Source: Chiloscyllium plagiosum (Eukaryota). From it: 64,000 nucleotides of DNA. The number at the start of each line of letters is the position of its first letter. Position 1 is the stretch's first letter. The stretch covers positions 8,743,484 through 8,807,483 of the forward strand of contig NC_057753.1 of NCBI RefSeq assembly GCF_004010195.1. The letters run 5' to 3'. This document shows positions 50,683 to 61,489 of the stretch, piece after piece. A model generated the notes under the pieces. It was not told where the DNA came from and did not search any database. It saw nothing but the letters and a program-made list of their open reading frames with translations. Both the position numbers and the translations under genes were made by a program.

Positions 50683-51762
50683 CTGTAACAGAGAGAATGA
50701 ACAGGGAATAGTAAGAATTATGCTCGAGAGAGCGAGTGCAATGAAGTCATTAGTCCAAATTTCAGAAAAATCATTCATTTTGCAGAATTCTGTGTGAAAG
50801 CCAGATAGTTGTGACTAGCCTTTGCTTCACTCACTTGACCTGACAATGGGGGTAATGCTCTGAAAGCTTGTGATTTCAAATAAATCTGTTCAACTACAAC
50901 CTGGTTTCATCTGGATAACATCTCCCTCAACGCCAGCCCTCAATGCTGAAGCTTACCGTCAGAAGTAATGAGACCTTCTGTGCAGAGGTGAACATTTGTT
51001 TTCAAAACTTAATCCACGAAATCTTAGCTTGGTCAGTCGTGAAATGTAAGTAGCAGCAGTTAATCGGACAGAGGAGAAGCAAGTTTAAAGAGCGAATTTT
51101 CTGGTTGAGAACGATGTTACTGTCTTTGCAACTTAGGTGATTCAGTGACCGGACACTATTGTATTATCAATGTATTTATCAGTAACCCACTGCTCACAAT
51201 AGTTGATTCATTAACTGCTTAAATTAGCTTGTCATGAAATGTTCAATTGTTCAAACGCTGTCAACAATCGATCGTCAGTAATCCAATATATTCAAACTTG
51301 CACCATGATAAAAATGTGATAATCCCCCCTCTGAAACAACAAGAACAACAGAATTGGTCGACATTTATATCAGCACGACAATGCAATCATCTACATGCAA
51401 CAATACAGTCAACAATATAGTATGCTTCATTTACACAGAATGAATTCTCTCTATGAATTCACCCACAATGGCGGGCCCAAAGCAGAACAGATATCAGTCT
51501 ACAAAGCGGCATCTGAATGAGGATATGGCGACAGCAACATCGGCAATACTGCAGCAGTTTGAGATTTACACCATGATAACTTTACAATTTTCACTCATAC
51601 TAGTCCTCTTATTTGCGTAATGGTGAAACAGATATTGAAATGATAGTGGTGCAGGCACAAATTATATCATTCAAGGGATCTGAAGTAAGCTTGAATGGAA
51701 CGTCTATTTACGTTTGAGTAACAAAAGCTTTTGAGAAGATTTGTAGCTCAGGTTGAGGTTTT

Positions 51763-51940
51763 GGATGTAGGTTTGCTTGCTGAGTTGCTAGGTTTATTTT
51801 CAGACGTTTCATCACCATGCTATATAACATCATGAGTGAGCCTCTGGAGCTTCATTCGGAGGTTCACTGATGAGGCTACCGAGTATGATGATGAAACGTC
51901 TGAAAAGGAATCTTCCAGCTCAGCGAGCAAATCTACATCC
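51763..51940. repeat. ~180-bp imperfect palindrome of hammerhead-bearing Penelope-type termini, in the intron of GPCR copy B
   Basis: left arm ggatgtaggtttgcttgctgag..ttttcagacgtttcatca..gtgagcctc is the reverse complement of right arm gaggttcactgatga..tgatgaaacgtctgaaaa..ctcagcgagcaaatctacatcc. Confidence 0.88.
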
Positions 51941-52506
51941 ACGTACAAAAAGCGCTCACGCAGCTACCATTAAGGGCAGGAATACACTGCCTGATTGTAT
52001 GATAGAGGCAACGTTCAAAATTGAATTGAACATTGTGCAGCTTTACAGGGAGAATGGGAGAACGGCATCAATTAAATTGTTTATCTGCAGAGCGGATGCA
52101 CACAAGATTAGCCAAATGTCCTCCTTCAGCTCTGGGCTATTAATGTTATTCAGTAAAGAGAATGTACAGTACAGCTATCAAGTACATGAATAAAGTTAAT
52201 GTAGAAACATCTGAAAGAAACTCAACTAGGAATGAAGATAAAGCATATTTGTAACAGTGAGAACATACACGATTAATAATGACAAAGTCAACAAGTCAAG
52301 TAAAAAGCTCAAATATCGTGGAGAATATTCTGAAGGTTGGATTTTAAAAATGCGACCTTAAGATAGGAGAGACCAACTATTAAAGGAAAACAGAGTACTT
52401 TATGCTGGAGAAGAGATATCCACAATGTGAAAATGGACTATGAATGTTAAACAAAGAGGGTCGATTCAATGAATCAACGAGTTAGGTAATAATAATAAAT
52501 CTTTAC

Positions 52507-52576
52507 CTGGTATTCCGATAGCTGCAAGAAAATTATAATAAATGGAAAACAACAGGCCTTTTGGTGATATGTGCAT
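52507..52576 (-). CDS. GPCR copy B, coding exon 1 (MHISPKGLLFSIYYNFLAAIGIP + phase-1 G)
   Basis: ATG at 52576, 70 nt, donor CAG|GTAAAG; same length, phase and MH..P.GL...IYY..LA.I..P pattern as copy A exon 1; missed by the ORF track. Confidence 0.85.
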
Positions 52577-52626
52577 TTCTGTCATAAGTTTTAAGCACAT
52601 TGCGTGTTGCGCTTCACTGTTCCACA

Positions 52627-52632
52627 TTTATA
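52627..52632 (-). promoter_or_regulatory. candidate TATA box for GPCR copy B
   Basis: TATAAA about 50 nt upstream of the ATG; position only, no expression evidence. Confidence 0.35.
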
Positions 52633-53134
52633 CACGATTCAGGCTCATGGGATTTAATTAGTTGGTTGAACCTTTTACAGCAATTACCATGTTTTTCAAA
52701 ACAAAACAGGTAAGTGCTGCTGCAATTCGCCATATTTTGATGGTCTAGAACTGGAATGGGAAATGTCGAGGGATTGGAAAATGCCTTAGCTGTGTTTCTT
52801 TATTAAAGTCCATGGCCTGGGTTTCAGTTTATGCATGATACAATGGAGTTCTCTCATAGTCAAGTTTAAAGGTGCGAGTTCCCCTTGTTCATTGTCACTA
52901 CGATTAATTTCTCTCTGGGTGCTGTATTGTTAGCCAAATAAAGTTTCGGTGCAGCCCAGCAAAAAGGTCAAATCTGGGAAAAGTCAAGTCCCAGAATTGC
53001 ATGACTGATCGAATACAATCTTATTCATATCCGTCTTTAGCTCAAAGATAGCAATGTAATTTCTGATGACTCAATTATTTCTTCCAAACACAGTAAAACA
53101 TCATTTTGTTTTCGTCTAATTCTGTTGAAACTGC

Positions 53135-53476
53135 ACTGGTCTACATATGTACAACATCACCAAAGATCCGTAGACAGCACCTTCCAAACCCACGACCAAT
53201 TCCATCTAGAAGGACAAAGGCAGCAAGTACTTGGGAACACTACCACCTGCAAGTTCCCCTCCAAGCCGCCCTGACTTGGAAAGGTATTGTAATTTCTTCA
53301 CAATCATTGGGTCAAAATCCTGGAACTTTCACACTACCAGAATTGTGGGTCAACACACAGCAAACGGACTGCAGCAATTCAAGAATGCAGCTCATTACCA
53401 TCTTCTCAAGGGCGAGTAAGGATGGGCTATCAATACTGGCCAGCCAGCGACGCCCAAGTACCACAAATGAATAAAA
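53135..53476 (+). mobile_element. 3' end of a non-LTR retrotransposon (family not resolved)
   Basis: IRRQHLPNPRP..RRTKAA..WEH..; GSKSWN..T..GLQQFKNAAH.HLLKG resembles LINE C-termini; ends gaataaaa. Confidence 0.6.
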
Positions 53477-54199
53477 CAAGCAAATCATTTTGGGTGCTGC
53501 AAATCTGAAATAAAACAGTAAATACTCAAGAAACTCAGAAGGCCAGGAAATATCTTTGCAGAGAGAAAGTTAACATTTTGAATCCTATATTCCTATTCAT
53601 TAATCATGTAAAACTCTGTTTTCAGCACCACATCACAGATGTGGATTACTGTAGAGTGGAAATCATCTTCCGTCTCTCCAAAGCCTGGCAATCTACAGAA
53701 CCATCTACAAGTAGCAAATCAGAAGTCTGATGGAATATTCCCCCCTGGTACGAGTGCAGCTCCAATAACACTGGAGAGGTTTGGCATCAATCGAGGTCAA
53801 AACAGCCTACAGCAAGTGGGGTGTGAACTCTGGTCTCTTAGCTTAATAGTAGAGATGCTATCATTGCACCACAAGCGCCTTTTTGAAAGTGAATGACTCA
53901 ATATGTTAGTTAGAATGACCCTATGGGTTAGTTGGAATACAAATGGAATAAGTGAGTATGAACAACAGAAGTAGAAACCAACTCAGAGTAAGGTACACTA
54001 AAGCACGTTATGCATCATTAATTCATTCAGTGTGTTATGATCACAAAATGCATGAACAATGTGTGGGTGGATGGGACGCATTGTATACCATGAACGAAAA
54101 GAACAAATAATCGATCCTGATGCTTTTTTCTTTATGTATAATATTATACCAGTGTATACATATATATATCATCTTCATGAAGTAAATAATTTGGTATTT

Positions 54200-55075
54200 A
54201 AACTGAATGAATACTTCTCCTTGTTCTTCAATTTTTCTCAAATTTACTCTGTACCCACACCATAAACTCTTGAGCTGATGCAATAACTCAATAGATCAAG
54301 ACATTTTCATCCAGAATAAGTAACAAATTACAGAACTTGGACCCCAAAAATAAGTAACATTTGTAAGTTGGAAGAAATTTAAAATACTGAATAACATAAG
54401 GTGAATCTGTCCGACATGGCAAATATTAACCAATGGACGTTCTGCATTTCTCCATTTCAGGATCCCTCTGATTCTCTATTTTTCTGGGTCCAGAGTCTCC
54501 TGCAGGCGTTATTGGCCATTGAAATGTGACTGACCTTCATGGCATTGAGCAGTCAAATCAAAATAAATGGCAGACAATGTGTTAAAATGATGAGAATCAG
54601 ACAGGTACAACTAATAATAGTGAAATACAACATATTGATTTCCCTTGAAAAATCCAGGGTACACTGTCAATCATAAAGAAGACGTGTCAAAATTGCAACG
54701 TTACTTATTTTTTGGATGTTTACAGCACAATTCAGGACTACACAAAGATACTTTCTATTATAATAAATGACATTTTCTTGATATAGTGCTTTGTCTTCAT
54801 GTTTTGGGAGCATATCGCTATTGAACAGTCGAAAGTGAAACAGCCACTATCAGACAGAACAATCTCTGAATACCTTGATCAGAAAAAAAACCAAACTACA
54901 GATTGAATTGAAGGATAGAAAGCTGAATGGACGATAAACACGTAGAATACTGTTTCCTATCACAGCTGTGAACATGCCCAGATCTGTTGAAACCATGGAG
55001 ACTCAATATACTGCGACACGTCTGCAGATGCCTCACATTCCCTGGGCCAGGATTATAATCACTGCCCAATGAGTT
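54200..55075 (-). pseudogene. GPCR copy C pseudogene (exon 2 homolog)
   Basis: minus: AVIIILAQGM*GI..VSMVSTDL..PFSFLS..SICSL..FRDCSV*..FTFDC.IAICSQNMKTK..ILTHCLPFILI*LLNAMKVSHISMANNACRRLW..DPEMEK..; multiple stops and frameshifts; exon 1 not found. Confidence 0.85.
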
Positions 55076-56727
55076 GTTTTAAAGCTCGATGAATTGACCG
55101 TGGAAAGTGCAAGGTCTCAGAGACAGAGTGAGTGGAAGGGGAGATGTGAGCAGGTTGTTCTGGGAGGGATTCGCGTTAGGCTTGGTGAGGGCTCAATGGG
55201 CTGCATGACCTGCTTCCATAAGCATGCTATAGTTCTAGACAACACATGAGGTGATAAGTGCACAAAAGAGATTACTTGAATAATACAAAACGTTGTAAAT
55301 TGTCACATCACTTGTTCATCGCATTCAGCTTATTTTATTCAATTTTTTTTCCATTGTGATACAGAAAAATCTCTGAATACAGCAGTTTATCTAGTACTGC
55401 AAAGAGCTGGCGGGAAACTTTAGGGTTTCGGTACATTTTGGCGACGTAGTTAGAGAAGATACAATTATTACTACCCATATTCAGCCGGTTAAAACGAGTG
55501 ATCACAAGAACAGCCTGAGAGATTGGCAAATCTGAGGAACAGAGTTTGACACAGAGGTAACATATTATATTTCATGCTGGACAGACAAAATGCTTCACAT
55601 GGGGAGAACAATATAGAAAAATGGCACTTGGATAAGTGGTCTGCATAGAAGTTATGGGAGGCATAACTCCAGATAATCATTTGATGCTATTGCAAAATGG
55701 TGACGGTAACGAGTGAAGCAAGTCATCCACGTAGCGTTTCCAGGTTTGATAAGATGGGTAGCTCTGCTACTTCTGAGTCAAAGCATTGTCATTTTTAGCG
55801 CCATTCCAAGGCAGGAGTACCATGGTAATGCTTGAGGTGTATCTTTTCGGTTAGGTTGCTAAACTGAAGCACAAGTGAAATACAATTCGTGTATAGAATC
55901 TGCACCAATTGAACGGAGAGCTGTGGTTCTTATTCCAGCGCAATGAACAACATGTATACAGGGCAAAATTTAAGCAATACATGAATGAACATCTTGAGGA
56001 TATGAAGTTGCATTTCGTGTGCCTAGGTTTATATCACAAATAGTATCAATACACAGTGCAGTTAAGTTTAGATCATGGCAGGGAATGGTAATACTCCCAC
56101 AGTAAGAGCATCCATAATATGAATCAACTCAATTTACAGCATGCCACCACATGGTGAAGCACGCTACTGTGACAACATAAATAATGAACAAGAAAAAAGG
56201 TTATTGTGCCGCAGTGGAATGTCTCTGACTGTGGCACACTACCGCTAATGGTGCCAGTGTCTATATCTCTGGCCCAGGAGGATCGGATTCATAGTCCTCA
56301 TTGCTATTGAGATTTGTAATAATATCTATGTACGGATTGATTAGTGAAAACTAAATTTACAACATGAGTTTGAATGAAAATATATGTACAATGTAAGCAT
56401 CAGTAATAGAACAGAATTATATTTAAAGCATGAGATGTTAGCAAGCAGCAAAAAAATACCAAATCCAGAGAGGGCATGGCTCTGGTGTTTGCATGTGCAC
56501 TATCGATCAGGAGAACTATGTACACCTTGAATGTGAACGAACTGTGTCTTTCAAGACATTTTAGTGTCATTATGAGAAAGGTGAAATACATAACAGTAAT
56601 GAAGGCTCATTATGCTAGTGAAGAATAAATATATTTAAATGGGGGTTGAAATGGATAATTGGAAGAAATGACGCTCTTTGGGGGAGGGAGTCATATCTGT
56701 TAAAGGTTAAAAAGAAGTTTGATCTTG

Positions 56728-59520
56728 GGTAAAAACAATGAATGCAGATGCTGGAAACTAGATTAGAGAGGTGCTGGAAAGGCACAGTAGTTCAGGAGGC
56801 AGCCGAGAAGCAGTAAAATCGACGTTTCGGGAAAAAAAAAACATTCATCAGGAATACAGGCAGAGTGTCTGAAGAGTGGAGAGATAAATGAGAGGAGGGT
56901 GGGATTGGGGAGAAAGTAGCATAGAGTACAATAGGTGAGTGGGGGTGGGGATGAAGGNNNNNNNNNNNNNNNNNNNNNNNNNNNNNNNNNNNNNNNNNNN
57001 NNNNNNNNNNNNNNNNNNNNNNNNNNNNNNNNNNNNNNNNNNNNNNNNNNNNNNNNNNNNNNNNNNNNNNNNNNNNNNNNNNNNNNNNNNNNNNNNNNNN
57101 NNNNNNNNNNNNNNNNNNNNNNNNNNNNNNNNNNNNNNNNNNNNNNNNNNNNNNNNNNNNNNNNNNNNNNNNNNNNNNNNNNNNNNNNNNNNNNNNNNNN
57201 NNNNNNNNNNNNNNNNNNGGAGGAGGTGTGGGCACAGGTTTTACAGTTCCTGCGGTGGCAGGGGAAGGTGCCCGGACGGGAGGGTGGGTTGTTGGGGGGC
57301 GTGTACCTGCCCAGGTAGTCACGGAGGGAATGGTCTTTGCGGAAGGTGGAAAGGGGTGGGGAGCGAAATATATCCCTGGTGGTGGGGTCCGTTTGGAGGT
57401 GGCAGAAATGTCGGTGGATGATTTGGTTTATGCGAAGGTTGGTAGGTTGGAAGGTGAGCATTAGGGGCATTCTGTCCTTGTTACGGTTGGAGGGATGGGG
57501 TCTGAAGGCGGAGTATCCCGTTGTGGACGAGATGCATTGGAGGGCATCTTTAACTACGTGGGAAGGGAAATTGTGATCTCTAAAGAAGGAGGCCATCTGG
57601 TATGTTCTGTCGTGGAACTGGTCCTCCTGGGAGCAAAATGTTCTGTCGTGGAACTGGTCCTCCTGGGAGCAAAAACGGCGGAGGCGGCAGAATTGGGAAT
57701 ACGGGATGTCATTTTTGCAGGAGGTAGGATGGGAAGAGGTGTAATCCAGGTAGCTGTGGGAATCGGTGGGTTTGTAAAAAATGTCAGTGTCAAGTCGGTC
57801 GTCATTAATGGAGATGGAGAGGAAGGGGAGGGAGGTGTCAGAGATGGTCCAGGTAAATTTAACGTCAGGGTGGAATGTGTTGGTGAAGTTGATGAATTGC
57901 TCAACCTCCTCGCGGGAGCACGAGGTGGCGCCAATGCAGTCATCAATGTAATGGAGGAAGAGGTGAGGAGTAACTACGGAAGATCGACTGTTCTACGTAG
58001 CTAACAAAGAGACCGGCATAGCTGGGGCCCATATGGGTTCCCATGGCTTCCCCTTTGGTCTGGAAGAAGTGGGAGAATTCGAAGGAGCAATTGGGAAGGG
58101 TGAGGACCAGTTCGACCAAACGAATGAGAGTGTCGGTGGAAGGGTACTGTTGGAGACGTCGGGAGAGGAAGAAACGGAGGGCTTGGAGGCCCTGGTCATG
58201 GCGGATGGAGATGTAGAGGGATTGGCTATCCATGGAGAAGATGAGGCATTGGGGGCAGAGGAAACGGAAGTCTTGGAGGAGGTGGTGTCTCGAACTTATG
58301 TGGGGGCGGCCTGGGCTAGGGGGGATAGGACAGTGTCGAGATAGGTAGAGATGAGTTCAGTGGGGCAGGAGCATGCTGAGACAATGAGTCAGCCAGGGTG
58401 ATTAGGCTTGTGGGTCTTGGGAAGGAGGTAGAACCGGGCAGTGCGGAGTTCCCGGACTATGAGGTTGGAAGCTGTGGATGGGAGATCTTCTGAGGCGATG
58501 AGGTTCTATAAGGTTTGGTGATGGGGTGGGGTCATGGTCGAGGGGGCTGGAGGAGGAGGTTTCCTCGAGTTGGCGTCTGGCTTCAGCGGTGTAGAGGTCA
58601 GTGCGCTAGACTACCACTGCACCCCCTTTATCTTCTGGCTTGATGGTGAAGGATTGGAGCAGAGGGAGTGGAGGGCTGCGCGTTGTGAAGGTGAGAGGTT
58701 GGAGTGGGGAAGGGGCTCGACAGGTTGAGGCGGTTAATGTCTCAGTGGCAGTTTGAAATGAAGAGGTCGAGGGCAGGTAATAGACCATCACAGGGTGTCC
58801 AGGTGGATGGAGTGTGTTGGAGGCGAGTGAAGCGGTCCTCAGAAGGTGGGCAGGAGTCCTGATTGTGAAAGTAAGCTCGGAGGTGGAAGCAGCAGAAGAA
58901 GTGTTCAACGTCACGGTGTGTATTAAATTCATTGATGCATGGGCGGAAGGGGATGAAGGTGAGTCCTTTGCCCCCTCACGTCCTCAGTGAGGGGGACGTC
59001 TGAAGGCATGGTGAACACCCGGCAGGGCTGGGAGCTAGGGCCTGGTGTGGTTGTGGAGCTGGGAATGGGGGAGGAGCCTGTAACTGGAGCGGGTGTGGTG
59101 TTAAGGGAATGGGGTGGAGTCATGAGCAGGGGTGCTGTTCCCCTCAGGGTTCTGGGGGGGCAGGGGTTGTGACAGTGGGATCTGCGGGGGGCATGTCAGC
59201 TGAATGCAGGTGAGTGGCGTTGGTGGGGGTGGAAGTGGTGGCAAACACTGGGGGGGGGGTGTAAGTCATTGAGCGTGTGACATCAGCGCTGATGTGATGG
59301 GCGGAAGTGATGTCACGTGTGGTGCATGAGGAATTGTGAGGGGCGGAAGTGGCCGTGGAAGCGGCTATGATGGGGAAGTGACATCATCAATCAGCGCGGG
59401 GATGGTTGCTGCATCAGCCGCATTGCTAATGGCGTCCGAGCAGTTCCAGAGGGCGGGGAATTTACTGGAATGTTTGAGGAGTGCTGGTTGTGGCGGTGGG
59501 TATATAAAAGTTTGTTGTAC
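56728..59520 (-). mobile_element. large Penelope-like element (RT + start of GIY-YIG region, gap inside), disrupted
   Basis: QSLYISI.H, QTKGEAMGTHMGPSYAGLFVSYVEQ, HYIDDCIG, PGTFPCHRRNCKTCAH; terminal cctgatgaa..cccgaaacgtcga with decayed stem II at ~56820-56852. Confidence 0.9.
56958..57218. other. assembly gap
   Basis: run of n. Confidence 1.
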
Positions 59521-61489
59521 TTACAGTTTTTGATGTGTGTAAGTGATATGACCGCCATGGAACGTACTCAACGAAAATGAGAAAAGGAGAGCTATGCAAA
59601 TAATCCCACAACTAGCTAAGAATCCATACCTGGAAGCTCGATTGTTGAAAGAAAGGAATTGTAATTGGCAAACTTTAAGGCTTTTGGTAATGCATGCATT
59701 TCTGGTCAACGTTTTGAACGTGTCCTTCATTATGTTTCCAGATGGACACGTTTTCTCTTCATGACTTTCTCCATGGAGAAAATTAGTTGGTTCTGCCTGC
59801 TACATTAATGACACAAATTTGTGAAATTTTTAATAGTCTTAAACATGTGCTTTGATCAAATAGATATTTTTGCAACTGCATGTTTTCCAATAGTGAAGCA
59901 CACAGCAATGATAAAAACAAAAACTTGTTACGCTTTTGTTTTGTTTACCCAAAACAAAACGTTCAATGAAAATAGGAAATTTAATGTGGAAATCAAAATT
60001 GGAGTCCAAGAATTACTACTTCCAACTTCTCAATAGTAAATTCAATGATGATTGTACAATTTACAATTAAACACGAATATATTGAAAAAATAAATGATAA
60101 ATGCCAAACATAATTGTCACTGTATAAGGGCTATCACACAGTTTTCTGCATTTTCTTTGTGAAGAGGTCCCGTTCAGTAATGTTACAGTTAGTCCTCAAA
60201 TGTCATATTCAGCTGAGTTTTGGTCTGAGTCAGTGCAGTTCAGAGTAATTATATGCTGTGTGTACAGGTTCACGTGATGGTGGTGACATTCACAATGGTT
60301 GCATCTAATTCCATTTCAGCACAGGTAAATTCTGCCATAGTCAGTACTGATTAATTTGGGACAAGCTTAGTGTGATTTTCTTGGATGTCTAACTCAGTGT
60401 CATTATTTTCACTGCAGAGATACCCGCAGCAATACTGTGAGAATCAATGGAAACATGTTCAGATCAGCACGACTACGATTATGGCGAATATAACTAAGGT
60501 AGAAAATATCCATTTAGTGTTGGCAAGTGAATTGGAGTACATGATTTTGTTAAGTGAAAACACGTACAGGTTAAAGGCGTCACATTCAAAGTACAGAGGG
60601 TTAATTCAGTGAACTCACACTGAGTCCAAAATAATCCAGTTTCACGTCCTGAGCTGACAAGATGTTATTCAGCACGATTACTTTCACGATGTATACATCC
60701 ACCTTAAACGTTTACTGCCAGTGTGGGATGCAACACAGCATCAAGGTCAGGTTCAGTTTTAAATAACAGCAAAATTGACTGGAATTAATTTTCAGGATTG
60801 GTAGCATCAATTGCCATATGTTGTCAAACCTGATGAGCATATTCAAATTTCATAATTATTCTCCAATTTAAATGTCCTAAACCATCTGTGCTCTGTGTTA
60901 TATATCTATTTGTACAGGAATAGTTCAGCACATATTCAGTCATTATGCATATTGTTAGATCAGCACAGAATTTTACAGTTTTCCACCTGGCCTCACCCAT
61001 TGGGAATATCACGCACATGTTGGTGTTACATTGGCACCAGGCACAGATCTCAGCTTTGCTGTTATAAGCTGCACAGCTTTTTATTTGACTGTGATTCACC
61101 GGGTTATCTGAGCAAACTGTCCTGATCCGGCTGTTTGCACGATCATCTCCTCGGCCCTTTCATAACTCATACCTTAAAATTTCTTCAAGCTTTTTTTTTT
61201 GGTGAGGTAGTTGGCAACTTTGCATCCTGAATGTATTCAGTGTTGGATCCTTGGAAGTTCGGTTAATTAGCAAGAGCATAAATAATATTTGCAAATAATG
61301 CCTTATTGTCTCGCTTGGTGAACATGGAAAAGCGAAGTTCATGAATGGCTGCGGTAGCGCCTCTTCAAAGAAATTGTAGCGTCTGCCTTATTACGAAATT
61401 TAACTGCTGACTGACCATTGTAAGTTGCTATGTTGCCCATTATTCACTCAAAATTGACGGATGATGAAGTTTATTGACGTTATGTTGAA

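Noticed and set aside
60824..61342. Cys-rich minus-strand frame with a single stop, and a TM-like stretch at ~60380-60540 suggesting a viral envelope relic
   Set aside because: No recognisable env motif, LTR or gag/pol neighbours; compatible with chance or the antisense of a GPCR relic
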